Of a DNA stretch of 64,000 nt, positions 1-22,397 are shown one piece after another. Position numbers and translations under genes: made by a program. Below the pieces are notes generated by a model, which searched no databases, had not been told where the DNA came from, and was given only the letters and a program-made list of their open reading frames with translations. Within the stretch, counting starts at the first letter, position 1. Every line of letters starts with the position of its first letter. Source of the DNA: the human T2T-CHM13v2.0 reference genome, Homo sapiens; assembly GCF_009914755.1 (NCBI RefSeq), contig NC_060947.1; one strand, written 5' to 3'.

Positions 1-165
1 CGCCTGTAGTCCCAGCTACTCAGAAGGCTGAGGTGGAAGGGTCACCTGAGCCCAGGAAGTCAAGGCTGCAGTGAGCAGAGATCACGCCACTGCACTCCAG
101 CCTAGGTGCCAGAGCAAGACTCTATCTCAAAAACAAACGAACAAACAAACAAACAACAAAAAAAC
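1..165 (+). mobile_element. Alu right arm (AluJ-like), cut by the window edge
   Basis: CGCCTGTAGTCCCAGCTACTC...CACTGCACTCCAGCCT followed by an A-rich tail. Confidence 0.9.
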
Positions 166-177
166 CCCAAAATACTC

Positions 178-700
178 ACTTATTATTTCCCAATTTTGTA
201 GCTCAGAAATCCATTCAGGCTTAGGCTCACACAAGGCCAAAGGCAAGATACTGGCCATCCTGGGCTCTTATATGGAGGCTTTGGGGGAGAATACATTTCT
301 AGGCTCATTCAGGCTATTGACGAAATTCAGTTCTGTGAGATTCTAGGGCTGAGGTCCCATTTCCTTGCTGGCTGTTGGCTGGGATTTGTGTCAGCTCCTA
401 GAGGCCACTTGTATTCCTTGGCTTATGGTTCATTCTCTCTTCAGAGCCAGTAATGGTGTGCTAAATACTTCTTGTGCTTTGAATCTATCTGACTACTTTT
501 TCTGTATTCCTCTTCTGCTTTTAAGAGCTTGTGTGGTTATACTGGGGCTACCTAGATAATCCAGGATGATCTCCCTATTTTAAATTCAACTGGTTAGTGA
601 CTTTAATTACATATTCAGAATCAATTTTGCCATGTAAGGTAACATACTCACAGCCCCAGAGATTAGGGCATGGAAGCCCCTTTGGGGACATTATTCTGCT
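178..700 (-). mobile_element. Old MaLR LTR (MLT1-like)
   Basis: MLT1-type phrases (TTTATTATTTC...CAGTTCTGTG..., GATAATCCAGGATGATCTCCC); boundaries approximate. Confidence 0.6.
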
Positions 701-2247
701 TGTCACTGGCCCTGAGAAGCTAAATGACTTGTCTGAGGTCGCATGGTCATTTAGTTAGTAGCAAGGACTCGTTCCAATATACCACATGTCACCTCTTGCT
801 AACATATACTCACTGCTCATGCTAAATGGTGTTTTAGCAATCATCACTTTAATGCCTGTAAATGGGCTCAGTGTTAGTAAAACTGTCTTGCAATTTACTC
901 TTAGACATAGCTCACAAGTGCTGATAAAACTGCTAAAGAAGCTAAATGCAGCATGATCTTGTCCAGGAATACTAACCTTATGTAAAATGATGGATTTGAA
1001 TTCTATTCCACAGACATACAGCTCAACTTGGAATGAAATATTATGTTTATTGTATTAGTTCTAATACTTTTCCAGAAATGATAACAGCTAAAGTGTTGAA
1101 TGCTTATCATATGCCAGGAATTTTACATTCCTTATTTAATCTTCAGAAAACCCCAACAGGTAAGTACTATTCATGAATAGTAAACTGAAGCATATATAGT
1201 TTAAATAATTTGCATAAGGTTAAGCATCTGCAAAGTGGAGGAACAAGAACTTGAAAACATGTAATCTGACGCCAAAGTCCACATTTTAAAATTATTCTAT
1301 ACTGGATGAATAGTTAATTTTTATTTATTTATTTCTGAAGAAGCTTGTTTAGATTTACATTTTATTTTTATTTTTTATTATTATAAGTAAATAATATGTA
1401 CATTTTTATAAGTACATAGTATGTACACACTTATGGGGTACATACAATAGTTTGACACAAGCATACAGTGTGTAATGATCAATTCAGGGTAATTGGGATA
1501 CCCACCACCTCAAGCATTTATCATTTCTTTTTGTTGTGAATGTCCCAATTTCACTTTTAGTTGTTTTGAAATATACAATAAATTATTACTAACTATAGTC
1601 ACCCTATTGTGCTACTGAATGCTAGATTTTATTCCATCTATCTAACCTTCAGTTTAAAACAGCAGATTGAGTACAGTTATTTACCTCAAAAAAATAGAAT
1701 GAATGTAAGAATAAATCTATAGTAGAGCCAGAGAGCAGGAAAATATATTGTCTTTGGTAAGAAACTTTAAAGAATTTCTATAATTAAAAGCAATCAGACT
1801 GATGGAAAAATCAAGAGGTGAGAATCCTGAAACCCAACAGAAGCCAAAAAGGAGGCCATTGAAGAAATAGATAGGTTCCCCCCAGCAAAAAAAAAAAACA
1901 CCCTAGGAAACTCCACAAAATTAGAAATTAATTAGTAGGGGACAGGAAAAATTTGTGATGATCCTAGAGGAACTGCAGAAACTATTCCAATTCTCTGTTG
2001 TGCATGCAAGGAGTAGAGGCCATTGATGTTTGACCCCAGGCTCTGCTGTCAAACCTTCTAAATGATTTAAGGGATCAGTTATGGGAACCTCCAGCTTGAG
2101 CATAAGGGACAGGAAGACTGTAGATATGAGAAAAGGAGTAAAGAGGAAAATCAATCAGCACAGTAGTGAAAATCCTTATATGGCAAGAGAACTAATTTCC
2201 TACTTTGCATATCAAGATGGAGGTGGGGGCTAGTGTCTCTAGCCCAC

Positions 2248-2780
2248 TGTAATAACTAGTCTCTAAAGATGTACTCCCAATAAATTATGCTTCCTAGTAT
2301 TCATGCCCTTGTAGTCCTCTCCCCTTGAATCTAGACTGGCTCTGTGACTTGCTTTTAACAATGCATGACTTCTAATAAGACATAAGCCTTGCAGTATCTG
2401 CCTGGTCTCTTGGAACTTTGGATGAAGCTAATCATCAGTAAGAAGTCCAACTACCCTGAGGATGTAACACTGGGAGGAATTCTAACCTAGACACATGAAG
2501 AAAGAGACAGAGATGTCTGGGTAGCATCCAGTGACTTCCAGCCTAGACAACAGACACATGAGTGAAGAAAACATAGAGTGTTCAGCCCATCCAAGCCTTT
2601 AGAATCTAAAATTTAGATGACTCTAACACCAGCCACTATCTGACTGCAACCATGTAAGACTCCAGGCAATAACCACCTAAGTTGAGCCCAATCAACCCAC
2701 AGCACCATGAGATAATAATAAACTAGTGATTCAAACTGCTAAATCTTAGGGTGGTTTGCTACACAACAATAGATAACCCA
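2248..2780 (+). mobile_element. Old MaLR LTR (MLT1F/E-like)
   Basis: Begins TGT...CTCTAAAGATG and ends GGTGGTTTGCTACACAACAATAGATAAC, typical of MLT1. Confidence 0.65.
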
Positions 2781-3093
2781 AAGACCCAACGAAATCCCAC
2801 CTGTCTACATGACAGAGTGGAGACACCCGCGGCTAGCCGGAACACTCATGTGGGAAGTTATTCCAAAGGATGTCAAAGGATCAAACCACAAACTATTGGT
2901 AGCAGATCTTTTCTTTTAAAAATATGAAGAGAATCAAGATCATCTGAAGAAACTAGACATTTGAAGAAAATGAACAACCTTAAAGAGAAGCACCAAAATG
3001 AACAAAGTGACCCATGAGGAAAGAAAGTAAATGTAGAAAACAAACGATAAAAGCCTTTAAACTGTTTGTCACCATGCACTGGATCTGTTTATG

Positions 3094-3122
3094 GTCATCA
3101 TCATCATCATCATCATCATCAT
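3094..3122. repeat. (CAT)n microsatellite
   Basis: About 9 CAT units read directly. Confidence 0.9.
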
Positions 3123-3411
3123 TTTCTAATAGATTGTTGCTTGAGATACCTTTTATCATCTTGGTTTACAAAAGGCCTTTCTAGGCATGACACAAAATCC
3201 ACAAGTCATAAAAAAAGAAGGCTGACAATTTAATTTCATCAAAACTTTGTTAACTTTTACCTTTGAAATAACTATAGATCCACAGGAAATTGCAAAAAAA
3301 AAATGTATAAGGAAATCCCATGTACCCTCACCCAGTTTCCTCCTATAGTTAAATCTTATATAACTATAGAACAATATCAAAGCAGGAAACAGCATTGGTA
3401 CGATGTGTGAA

Positions 3412-5927
3412 CAGGCATACTTCATTTTATTGCACTTCTCTTTATTGTACTTTACAGTTACTAGTTTTTTGTTTGTTTGTTTGTTTTTGAAACAGGGTCT
3501 CACTCTGTCACCCAGGCTGGAGTGAAGTGCTGTGATCATAGCTCACTGCCGTCTTGATCTCCTGGCTCAAGCCTCCTGAGTAGTCTCAGCCTCCCGAGTA
3601 GTTAGAACTATAAGCACGTGCCACCAGATACTGTTCTGTTTGTTTGTTTTACAAATTGAAGATGTGTGGCAACCCTGAATCAAGCAAGTCAAGTCTACAG
3701 GTACCATTTTTCCAACAGCATGCACTCTATTTGTGTCTCTCTGTCACATTTAAGTAATTCTCGCAATATTTCAATTTTTTTCATTATTATTATAACTGTA
3801 ACCAGTGATCTTTGATGTCAACATTGTAATTGTTTTGGGGTACCATAAACTAAGCCCAAATGTGTGTGTTCTAACTGCTTCATTGACTAATTATTCCCCA
3901 TCTCTCTCCCTTTCCTTGGGCACCCCTATTCCCTGAGACACAGCAATACTGAAACTAGGCCAATTAATAACCCTACAATGGCCTCTAAGTGTTCAAGTAC
4001 AAGGAATATTCACATATCTCTCATTTTAAATCAAAAGCCAGTGATGATTAAGCTTGGTGAGGAAGGCATGTTGAAAGCCAAGCTAGGCCGAAAGCTAGGC
4101 CTCTTGTGCCAAACAGCCAAATTGCGACTGCAAACAAAAAGTTCTTGAAGGCAATTAAAAGTACTACTCCAGTGAACACAAAAATGATAAAAAAGCAAAA
4201 CAGCCTTATTGCTAATATGGACAAAGTTTTAGTGGTCTGGATAGAAGATCAAACCCAGCCACAGCACGTTCTTGAGCCAAAGCCTAATCCAGAGCAACGT
4301 CCTAACTCTCTTCATTCTATGAAGGCCTAGAGAGGTGAGGAAGCTTCAGAAGCAAAATTTGAAGCTACCAGAGGTTCGTTCTTGTGGTTTAAGGAAAGAA
4401 GCTGTCTCCGTAACATAAAAGCACAATGTAAAGCAGCAAGTTCTGATGAAGAAGCTGCGGCAAGTTATCCAGAAGATCTAAGATCACTGATGAAGGTGGC
4501 TACACTAAATAATAAATTTTCAACATAGATGAAACATTCTTACATTGGAAGAAGATGCCATCTAGAACTTTATAGCTAGAGAGAAGTCAATACCTGGCTT
4601 CAAAGCTTGAAAGGTCAGGCTCACTCTCTTGTTAGAGACTAATGCAGCTGGTGGCTTTAAGTTGAAACCAATGCTTATTTACCATTCCAAAAATCCCAGG
4701 GCCCTTAAGAATTATGCTAAATCTTCTCTGCCTGTGCTCTATAAATGGAACAACAAAGCCTGGATGATAGCACATCTGTTAACAGCATGGCTCACTGAAT
4801 AGTTTAAACCCTCTGTTGAGAACCATTGCTCAGAAGAAAAGATTACTGCTCGTTGACAATGCATCTGGTCACCCAAGAGTTCTAAGGGAGATGCAGAGGG
4901 AGATTAATGTTGTTTTCATGCCTGCTAATACAACATCCATGGATCAAGGAGTAATTTAGACTTTCAAGTCTTGTTATTTAAGAAATACATTTTGCAAGGC
5001 TATAGCTGCATAGATAGTTATTCCTCTCATGGATCTGGACAAAGTACATTGAAAACATTCTGGAAAGTATTCACCATTCTAGATGCCATTAGAAACACTT
5101 GTGATTGATGGAAGAAGGTCAAAATATCAACATTTAACAGGAGTTTGGAAGAAGTTGACTCCAGTCGTCAAGGATGACTTGGAGGGGTTCAAGACTTCAG
5201 TGGAGGAAGTAACTGCAGATGTGGCGGAAATAGCAAGAGAAATAGAATTAGAACTGGGGCCTGAAGATATGATTGAATTGCTGTAATCTCATGATAAGAC
5301 TTGAATGGATGAGAAGTTGCTTCTTATGGATGAATAAAGAAAGTGGTTTCTTGAGATAGAATCTACTTCTGGTGAAGATGCCGTGTACATTGTTGAAAGA
5401 CAACACAGGATTTAGTATATTATAATATTTAGTTGATAAAGCAGTGGCAGGGTTTGAGGGAATTGACTCCAATTTTGCAAGAAGTTCTACTGTGGGTGAA
5501 ATGCTAACAAACAGCACAACATGCTGCACAGAAATATTTGATTAAAGGAAGAGTCAATCAATGTGGTAAACTTCACTGTTGACTTATTTTAAGCAATTGC
5601 CATAGCCACCCCAACTTCAGCAACCATCATCCTGATCAGTCCGCAGCCAACAACATCAAGACAAGACCCTTCATTAGCACAAAGATTACAACTCACTGAA
5701 GGCTCAGATTATTATTTTTTTTTAGCAATAACGTATTTTAAAATTAAAGTATGCACATTTGGTTTTTAAGACATTATGCTATTGCATACTTAATAGACTA
5801 CAGTATATAGTAACCTAACTTTTACATGCACTGAGAAATAAAAAAAATTGTGTGACTCACTTTATTGCAATACTTGCTTTATTGCAGTGTTCTGGAACCA
5901 AATGCATATCTCTGAGATGTTTGCCTG
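3412..5927 (+). mobile_element. Full-length decayed Tigger1 DNA transposon, inserted in an old L1M fragment
   Basis: Terminal inverted repeats CAGGCATAC... and ...GTTTGCCTG; transposase remnants (ORFs 4106-4330, 5083-5286) broken by stops and frameshifts. Confidence 0.92.
3463..3625 (-). mobile_element. Alu monomer (FLAM/AluJ-like) inside Tigger1
   Basis: GAAACAGGGTCTCACTCTGTCACCCAGGCTGGAG; flanked by CAGTTACT/CAGATACT. Confidence 0.85.
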
Positions 5928-6299
5928 CATATAGTTCTATGTCATTTTGTCACACATGAAGATTCATGCAACTACCATGGCAAACAAGAACTGTCTTATC
6001 ACCACAAAGATATCCCTCATGCTACCCTGTTACAGTCACATCACTTCTCTCCTTCTCCCCACCATCCCTAATTCCTGGCAACCATTAATCTGTCGTCCAT
6101 CTCTATAATTTTGTTGTTTCAAGAATGTTACATAGATTCCTGTAATGTCACCTTTTGAGATTGGCCTTTTTTTTCACTCAACATCCTCACCAAATTTTAA
6201 GACCTCTGTAGGGTAAAAGACAGAAAGGGGAAGATATTTGCAATACATATAACAGACAAGGTTTATTGTCCACTACGTATGAAGGGCTCCCCAAATCAT

Positions 6300-6810
6300 A
6301 GTAGTAGCAAACTTTATATAGTGGCAAACTTTATATAGTGCTTATTATGCATCAGGCACAATTCTAACACTTTGCAGATATTAATACATTTAGTCCTCAC
6401 AGCAACCTTATGAAGTAGGTACTTTGATATCTCTATTTTTAAAATGAGGAAACTGAGGCACAAAGAAGTTAAAAACTTACCTAAAGTCATACAGCTGGCT
6501 AATGGTGGAACAAGGATTCAGATCTAAGCAGCATACTCATGACCACTACACAATATTGCCTCTCAACAAATAATAATCAAAAAAGTTAATAATTAGTGAA
6601 TACCTATCATAGTTTATAACTTCTACATATTTTATGTACATAATCTCTTGTAATCTGACAACAACCCTAGAAAGTGTTATAATATCATATCTCATGTTAC
6701 ATATAAGAAAACTGCAGATGAGGAAAGTGAGGCACAAGCAACCTGCCAGCTAGTAAAGAGAATTGCTAGGATTTGAAACCAGGCCTACTGATCCTAGAGC
6801 TAGTGCCCTC
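6300..6810. mobile_element. Two MIR fragments
   Basis: MIR core ATGAGGAAACTGAGGCAC at ~6444 and ATGAGGAAAGTGAGGCAC at ~6718. Confidence 0.75.
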
Positions 6811-7241
6811 TCCCTATCAGTATACTACTTCCGTTATATATTAGGAGCTTGAACTTTCTCAATTACACCTTCTTTTTAGCCCTCTGGATACCTCCCTCCA
6901 TATAGGATACTTTTCCTCTGCCTTGGACATGCACAATCTCCCCTATACTGGTGTTAGTGGGGTTGGATTTTCCCATTTGTCCCTCTACCATTTTTATCCT
7001 TTCTTTCCAATTTACTGCCAAAATATTCCAAACAGATAGGTGATCTACTACAGCTATCTCTAATTCCTAACATCTCATTTATCTCTCGCATTTCTCCTGT
7101 CTGTTCTACATTTGCTTTAGATAGGCCATATGTATCGCACTGCAATTAAGAGTACAGGTTCTGAAACTTGCCAGCCTGGGTTTGGATCCTTGCTCCACTA
7201 CTTACTAGCTCTGTGACCTTGGTCAAGTTTCTTAACTTCCC

Positions 7242-7688
7242 TGGTATGGTTTGGACATGTGTCCTCACCCAAATCTCACGTTCGATTGTAGTCTCCAGTG
7301 TTGGAGGTCGGGCCTAGTGGGAGGTGATTGAATCATGGAGGTGGATCCTTCATGAATGGTTTAGCACCATCCCTTTGGTGCTATTCTCATGATGGAGTTC
7401 TCACGAGATCTGGTCATTTCAAAGTGTGTGGTATCTCTCTCTCTCTCTCTCTCTCCCTCTCTGTCTCTGTCTCTCTCTCTCTCTCTCTCTCCTGTTCTGC
7501 CATGTAAGATGCCTGCTTTTGCTTTGCCTTCTGCCATGAGTAAAAGTTCCCTGAGGTCTCCCCAGAAACGGATGCTGCCACACTTCCTGTACAGTCTGTG
7601 GAACCGTGAGCCAATTAAGCCTCTTTTCTTTATAAATTACCCAGCCTCAAGTATTTCTTTATAGCAGTGCGAGAATGGACTAATATAC
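7242..7688 (+). mobile_element. MaLR solo LTR (MSTA/MSTB-like) with an internal (TC)n tract, inserted in a MIR
   Basis: TGGTATGGTTTGG...CCCAAATCTCA start, ...GGACTAATATA end, 5-bp TSD TTCCC/CTCCC. Confidence 0.85.
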
Positions 7689-8184
7689 TCCCCATCTGTA
7701 TAATGTGGAAGATGCTAATAGTACCTACCTCACAGTGTATTTGTGAAAGGTTAAATAATATATTAAATTAAAAGCCCTTAGAATAGTGTCTGGTACAAAG
7801 TAAGAATTCAGTGAATGATAGCTATTATAAAGATGTTTGAAGTTACTACTGAGTCCAGTACTCGAAATCATTATTCTTTTTCTCAATCTTCATTCTTTAC
7901 TGTTCAAGTACATTGTATACATACATTCTATACTATTTATACCAGCTCCTCCAGGACACTGCATCATCTTGAGTCTGTTGCCATCTATCTATCCTCTTCT
8001 GTCTCCCTGTTCCCCACCTCCTATACCCAGTTACATATCTTCTTTATTCTTCCATCATAATGTCTTTCACTTCCATCACTTCTTTCCATTTCCTATTCTG
8101 GAATCTGAGAGAAACATTCCTTACTTTTATCGTTTATGACAAGTGCTAATTTGTATGACTTATGGCTTTACTAGGAAATGTTTA

Positions 8185-9811
<1,627 letters not shown>

Positions 9812-11182
9812 AAAAAAAGATAGGTCCTAAGGATAGTGTGCAGCTGGCAAGTCAGTCAAAACTGTATTAATTCTAATGCCAAATAGGTAGGCAAGAGGTA
9901 GAATAGTTTTGTCTTCATAAATTATCCTCTAACCCCCCCTTTTATGGTATAAAAATATTCTGTGATTGTATTTGTTTCATAATTTTGAGCTTATCTTCCC
10001 CATTAAGTAGTGATATCCTTGAGACCACCAGGGACATGCATATTATTTTATCTCTGCATCTTCAATGCCTAGCAACAAAATGACTGGTACATTGTAGGAA
10101 CTCAAACGTGAAAGAATGAATTTCCACTGCTATCAACCTAGTTTCAGGCTCTTATTACTTCATATTTGAGCTACTTACAACAACTCAATTAATCTCCCTA
10201 TCTCTCAAATTCTTGCATATTATTGCTATTAGCATGTCACTATCCTATTTGGAAACCTTCAGTGGGTCCCCATTTGCCTATATCATATAGTCCTTTAACC
10301 CAGTATCAAGGAATTTAATAAATGACTCCAATTTACTTCTCTAACTTTATATTTCATTATACTCCTTATATAAAACTTATGCTAAATCCTCTCGGATTCA
10401 TTAGTCATCATATTCTAAATAGACCATGTTGTCCCCATATCTACTTATGCTATAGTCCCTACCACAGGTGTCCTAACTCTTCCTTTCCACTATTCTAAAT
10501 CCTACCCTACCATCAAAGGCCAGCTCAAACCTCACCTTCAAATAAGACTTTCGGATGTTCCTAGTCCATGATGGTCTAGGCTTCTTCTGAATTCCTATAC
10601 CAATTTGTCACTTATCCCCATTTTCCATGTGCTGTCTTATATTATTATCTTTACATATACTCTCTTTCCAGTAAGACTTGTAAATTCTTTGCAAGTGGTG
10701 CCTATGTTTTCCACATGGTACCCTTTGCATAAACGATACTAAATACTTTATTGGACTAAATTATTGTCCCCACACCTGCCTTGTGCTCACTCTGATCTTC
10801 CTGCTAGTAATTCCTACTCCTTCACCTATGCAAATCTTATCCATTTCTAAGACCCCACCTCCTCCATCAAGCATTCCCTGACTAATAGAGCTAACAGTGA
10901 TCTTTCACTCTCTCTGAATTCATATACTGTTTTTGCCTATACCATACATTTCTCATATTCTGAATTTTATTGTTACTCAACTGATCAAGCATATATATGC
11001 TTAATTTATTATAGTAGGCTATAAATTCACTAGGGAAATGTGTGTTTGTTATATTTCTTGTATCTACAACCAGACCCTAGACAACATGTTGCACTAGGCA
11101 CAATTTTTGTTGATAAAATGAATGTCAGTGCACACAATGAGGTAAGGAAAATTGAACTCTTTCTCCAGGAGCAACCAACCTT

Positions 11183-12296
11183 TAAAAACCTAGGAAACAC
11201 CCTTCTTGACATTAGCCTTGGCAAATAATTTTTGGTTAAGTCCCCAAAAGCAATTGCAACAAAACCAAAAATTGACAAGTGAGACTTAATTACACTAAAG
11301 AGCTTCTGCACAGCATAAAAAAAATCTATCAAAAGAATATTAAAATATTCACAAACTATGGATCTAACAAAGGTATAATATCCCAGAATCTATAAGGAAC
11401 TTTAAAAAAATCAACAAGCTTGTCAGAAAGGTGATTTTTTAAAAAAATCAACAAGCAAAAAACAAATAGCCTCATTAAAAAATGGGCAAAGGACATGAAC
11501 AGACGCTTCTCAAAAGAAGATATACAAGCTGCCAACAAACATGTGAAAAAATGCTCATCAGCACTAATCACAAGAAAAATGCAAATCAAAACCACAATGA
11601 GATACTATCTCACACCAGTCAGAATGGCTATTATTAAAAAGTCAGAAAACAACAGATGCTGGAGAGGCTGCAAGAAAAGGGAACATTTATACACTATTAA
11701 TGGAAATGTAAATTAGTTCAGCCACTGTGGAAAGCAGTTTGGAGATTCCTCAGAGAACTTAAAACAGAGCTACCATTAGACCCAGCAATCCCATTACTGG
11801 GTATATACCCAAAGGAAAACAGATTATACAAAAAAAACCTCACATGCACTCATATGTTCATCACTGTGCTATTCACAATAGCAAAGACAAGGAATCAACA
11901 TAGGTGTCCCTCAATGGTGGATTGGATAAAGAAGATGTGGTACATATATACCATGGAATACTATGCAGTCATAAAAAGAATGAAGTCATGTTCTTTGCAG
12001 CAACATGGATGTAACTGGAGGCCATAATCCTAAGCAAATTAAAACAGGAACAGAAAACCAAATACCACATGTTCTCACTTATAAATGGGAGCTAAACATT
12101 GAGCACACATGGACATAAACATGGGAATAATAGACAACGGACTAGTAGAGGGGGGAGAGGTGAAGGGCATGTGGGTTGAAAAACTACCTATTGGGTACTA
12201 TGCTCACTACTAGGGTACAATATACCCATGTAACTAGGCTGCATATGTGTCCCTTGTATCTAAAATAAAAGTTGAAATAATTAAAAAAAAAAAAAA
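11183..12296 (+). mobile_element. 5'-truncated older L1 (L1PA15/16- or L1PB-like) 3' end
   Basis: ORF2 C-terminal remnants (11495-11716), older 3'UTR GGGTACTATGCTCACTAC, poly(A). Confidence 0.85.
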
Positions 12297-13920
12297 CTCC
12301 TTTTCCCATCTCAAGAACCCTAAAACCAATCCCCCTAGGGAAAAAACCTACAAACTTATCTATTTCAACAAAACTTATCTATACTGAAGATTCAGGAACT
12401 GAGTGTGTATTCTGTACCACCTTCACTTCCTACAGACTGGAACTATGATTCCTGAAAATAAACTCATAATGTAATGTTCATTACAACAAAAAATACGAAT
12501 GTCCTACAAAATACATTACAGGGATATTCAACCTGAAGCAGGAGAAGAGAAAGATCTAGGGTGATACCAATCACCAATACTGAGCTCAGATAGTGGCTGT
12601 TACATGGGAATATCTGAATAAACATGATTAATTAAAATCTCAAGGGTCAGTTGATGTTTGCTTTTATTTCTCAGTGGCTGATAACCTTTTAGATCTATCC
12701 CAGAAAGGAATTATTATTGAGTATGAGGTCTTCAATATTGTACCTATCTCTTTTTCTATATTATCAGGATATTCTCACTCAGCTAGCATGCCATTTCTGC
12801 AACTCACCTCAAGTACGTATTATTACATTATCATAAGAATGTATTTCATTTAAACATATAATTGTAAAATTCTGCTACATTCTTAAGTATAATTTTATCA
12901 TATCTTAGAGCCAAACATTTTTTGGAGGTAAATCATTTTATTTGTATAGTGTAAGTTTATGGAAAAATAATACCATATCAAATTTTCTCTGAACAGAACT
13001 TTTCAGGAACTCATTTAATGTGTAGAATCTAGATAGCTCTGAAATATTTTATTATAACATTCAACAGTGTGTTCAAAAACTATTATATTAATAAAACAAT
13101 ATCAGGCTTTATGCAACAGGAAAGCTGGGAATAAAATGGTTAAGATGCAAGGCTTTCTGGTCTTTCTTTTTACTTGATGAGCCTGAACAAATTGCTTCCC
13201 TGTATCTCTTATCTGACTTCCAAGGATTCTGATCTTGACTTCACAAGCCTGCTGCTGCTCTCCTCTCTTCTTCATTTTAGTTTGGCAATGTCAATCTGAT
13301 CTCCCACATTCTTGTTCTGTATTTTTATTTGGTGCATTGACTTTCCTAGATCACTATCTCTAGGTTTCTGATTCTATCTTGGTAGTCTAACTGCAATTCA
13401 AGATCCCTTTGTTTATTTGATTTAGTATTCTTGTCACTGGAATAAACAGTAACTGATTAAGCTTACCTAATCAGCATCAAAAAAAAAGGGGGGCCTGACG
13501 CCTTTCACCAATAACAACATAAATGACAAATGTTAACATTGTAACTAGGAAAAATTATGCACCAATACGCATAAGGAATTAAAGGAAAGAAAAAACTAAA
13601 AGCAGATTGTTAGGATAATAATATTAGATGTGATCTTTTTTGTTTTAAATTTTTCATTACAGTCATAGCATGTTTGTAGAATTTTTTAAATAGATACAAA
13701 ATTCTAAAAGAGGATTAAAGTCCAAGGTTAGGAGTAAAAGTAACTTAGTTGCCATAAAAGTGTTCAGGACCCCTGGATCAAATAAATTTACATCTAGGAC
13801 TAAGATAATTTGTAGATGAGACTTATACATTAAAGAAGTCTTTCAGGAATTACGGATAAATGGAGGGGTGATGAAGACTGGGGACAGGAAAAGTTCTCAT
13901 TTTTTTTTTTTTTTAGGAGG

Positions 13921-14105
13921 CAGTGGATTCCCAAACCATACTACTCTGAGAATGAGCCACAGACCAACAGCATTGACATCACCTGCGAGCTTCTAAGAAA
14001 TGCAGATCAGGTCCCATTCCAGACCCACCAAATCAGAATCTGCATCTTAACATGATCTTCAGCTGATCTAGCCAATCATATACACATTAAAGTTTGAGAA
14101 GCACT
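13921..14105. mobile_element. MER5A-like hAT MITE
   Basis: CAGTGG...CCCAAAC start, AATCAGAATCTGCAT core, ...GTTTGAGAAGCACT end. Confidence 0.8.
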
Positions 14106-14150
14106 AACATAAAGCAACAAGGATTCACTGAGAAAGATATAGCAAATTAA

Positions 14151-20283
<6,133 letters not shown>

Positions 20284-20641
20284 AATTAATCTTATCTTTT
20301 GCAAGTTTACTTAAATGTTAATGTCAGAGAGTAAATAGATATAATCTAACAAATTCAGAAAAATGATTCAATAACAGTATCAAGCCATTCACCTGCTTTT
20401 CTAGAATCCAAAGCCTATGCTCTTCCCTTAAATAGTACTGGATATTACTAGGATCTAATAAGTATATAACCTGGAATTGTCTGCTCTCTGTCTCCTAATG
20501 AAGCTTGACTGTAAAAGGTGAAATTTCAAAAAAAAAAAAAGATCGCTTAAGAGACATAGTATTTCCATCCATTCTATATATTCAAAATTTTATCCTTGCA
20601 TCAAGATGGATCATCAGAAAACTAGGTCTGAACTACATTAG

Positions 20642-20995
<354 letters not shown>

Positions 20996-21999
20996 TAATG
21001 TTCTGCATGCTTAGCTTTCATTGCTTAAAAAAAAAAACTTTACTGTGTAAAATATACTTATGCTCTTGCTATAAAATTACTAAAAGCATTGTCCATTATA
21101 TAATGCAACTTCCTACGCTGTCTACAGAAGCCAAATATGTAACATAAATGAGTGAAGCAGACTGTAAAAAAATCCACTGCCAGATATGTAATTAAACTTT
21201 ATCATTAACCGAACGATGGTATAAGCACATTAACAAATAGTATGAACAGGTAGGAAAAGAGCAGCTATATTTTAAATTTGAAATCTAAAAATATAAATAA
21301 TTTATCAAATTTTCCTTTGAAATTGATTACTTTGTTGACTTGTAAATAGAAAGCTAAAATCCTTTCTTCTACACCAATATGTCAGTGTCCACATGGGCTG
21401 ATAGGGAAAAGTAGATACTTAAGTGGAAATTCGGGTACCGTATCAAGAGGAAAGTGGAATGAATAAAATGATGGATGGCCAAAAGCAGCAAATGTCTACT
21501 ACATACTGATATTCCAAAGTTGTCTAATTAGGATTCAGTACCACACTACAGTGCAGTTCAATTTCTTCAATTTGTAGTTCTTTATTGACATTAGTAAAAT
21601 TAATTGAAAAAGACAAAATAGGCAATATTTTTAATTGCCACAATGTTGGAAATCAGAAAACTTCCTTTTTGGAATTCACTCTTTAAACCTGCAATTGTGA
21701 ATACGTAGTTTAAGTAATCACTTCCATCTCTGGACACCAATTTCAGCACAGAAAAGTAAGCCGGATTATTCCTTGCCAAACGCATTTCCCCAAAAAATGA
21801 CTTCACTAAGAACATGTGAATTAAATTTTACATTTGTGTAACTACTTATGAGCACTTTCGCGAGAAAGATTCAGAGTGTTTATATGGATTATCATATTCA
21901 CCAAAAAGGTCAGTCACTGAACTGAGTCAGGGATTTTCCCTTGGATGACATGAACAAGTTGAATTCTTTCAACAGTTCAAAAAATATATCTTCAGCACC

Positions 22000-22397
22000 T
22001 GACATAAATGCTGCACTACATCCCGAAACTCCCCTTCAGAACTGAAGTATTTATTCCCCAGTTGCTCTTTAGGAATTCGCTAGGCTGAAAAAAGCTACCA
22101 CACCCAAGGTCATTCTCCTTTCCCAGGGTAACTGGCATACAGAGACTAGTCAACATTGGGCTATAAGGACCGGCCCTCTGACCTTAGCTGAGGACAATTT
22201 GGAGGGACCATCCCAGCTTCAGAGCTCCCAATAAGTAAGGCTGAGGCCTTCTGACTATATCTAGGCCAACTTCTCCCATTAGTCCAGCTGCATCCCCTTC
22301 CCTTCACAGGTGTTGATCCTGAAAGAACCCTTTAATAAATTATCTTCACGTTAACCTCCATCTCAAAATTTGCTTCCAGGGCAACCCAACCTGTGAC
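22000..22397 (+). mobile_element. Old ERVL LTR (LTR16-like)
   Basis: CCCAGCTTCAGAGCTCCC core; AATAAA...TGCTTCCAGGGCAACCCAACCTGTGACA end. Confidence 0.55.

Noticed and set aside
3412-5927. Domesticated Tigger transposase gene
   Set aside because: The transposase frame is fragmented and there is an Alu monomer near the left end.
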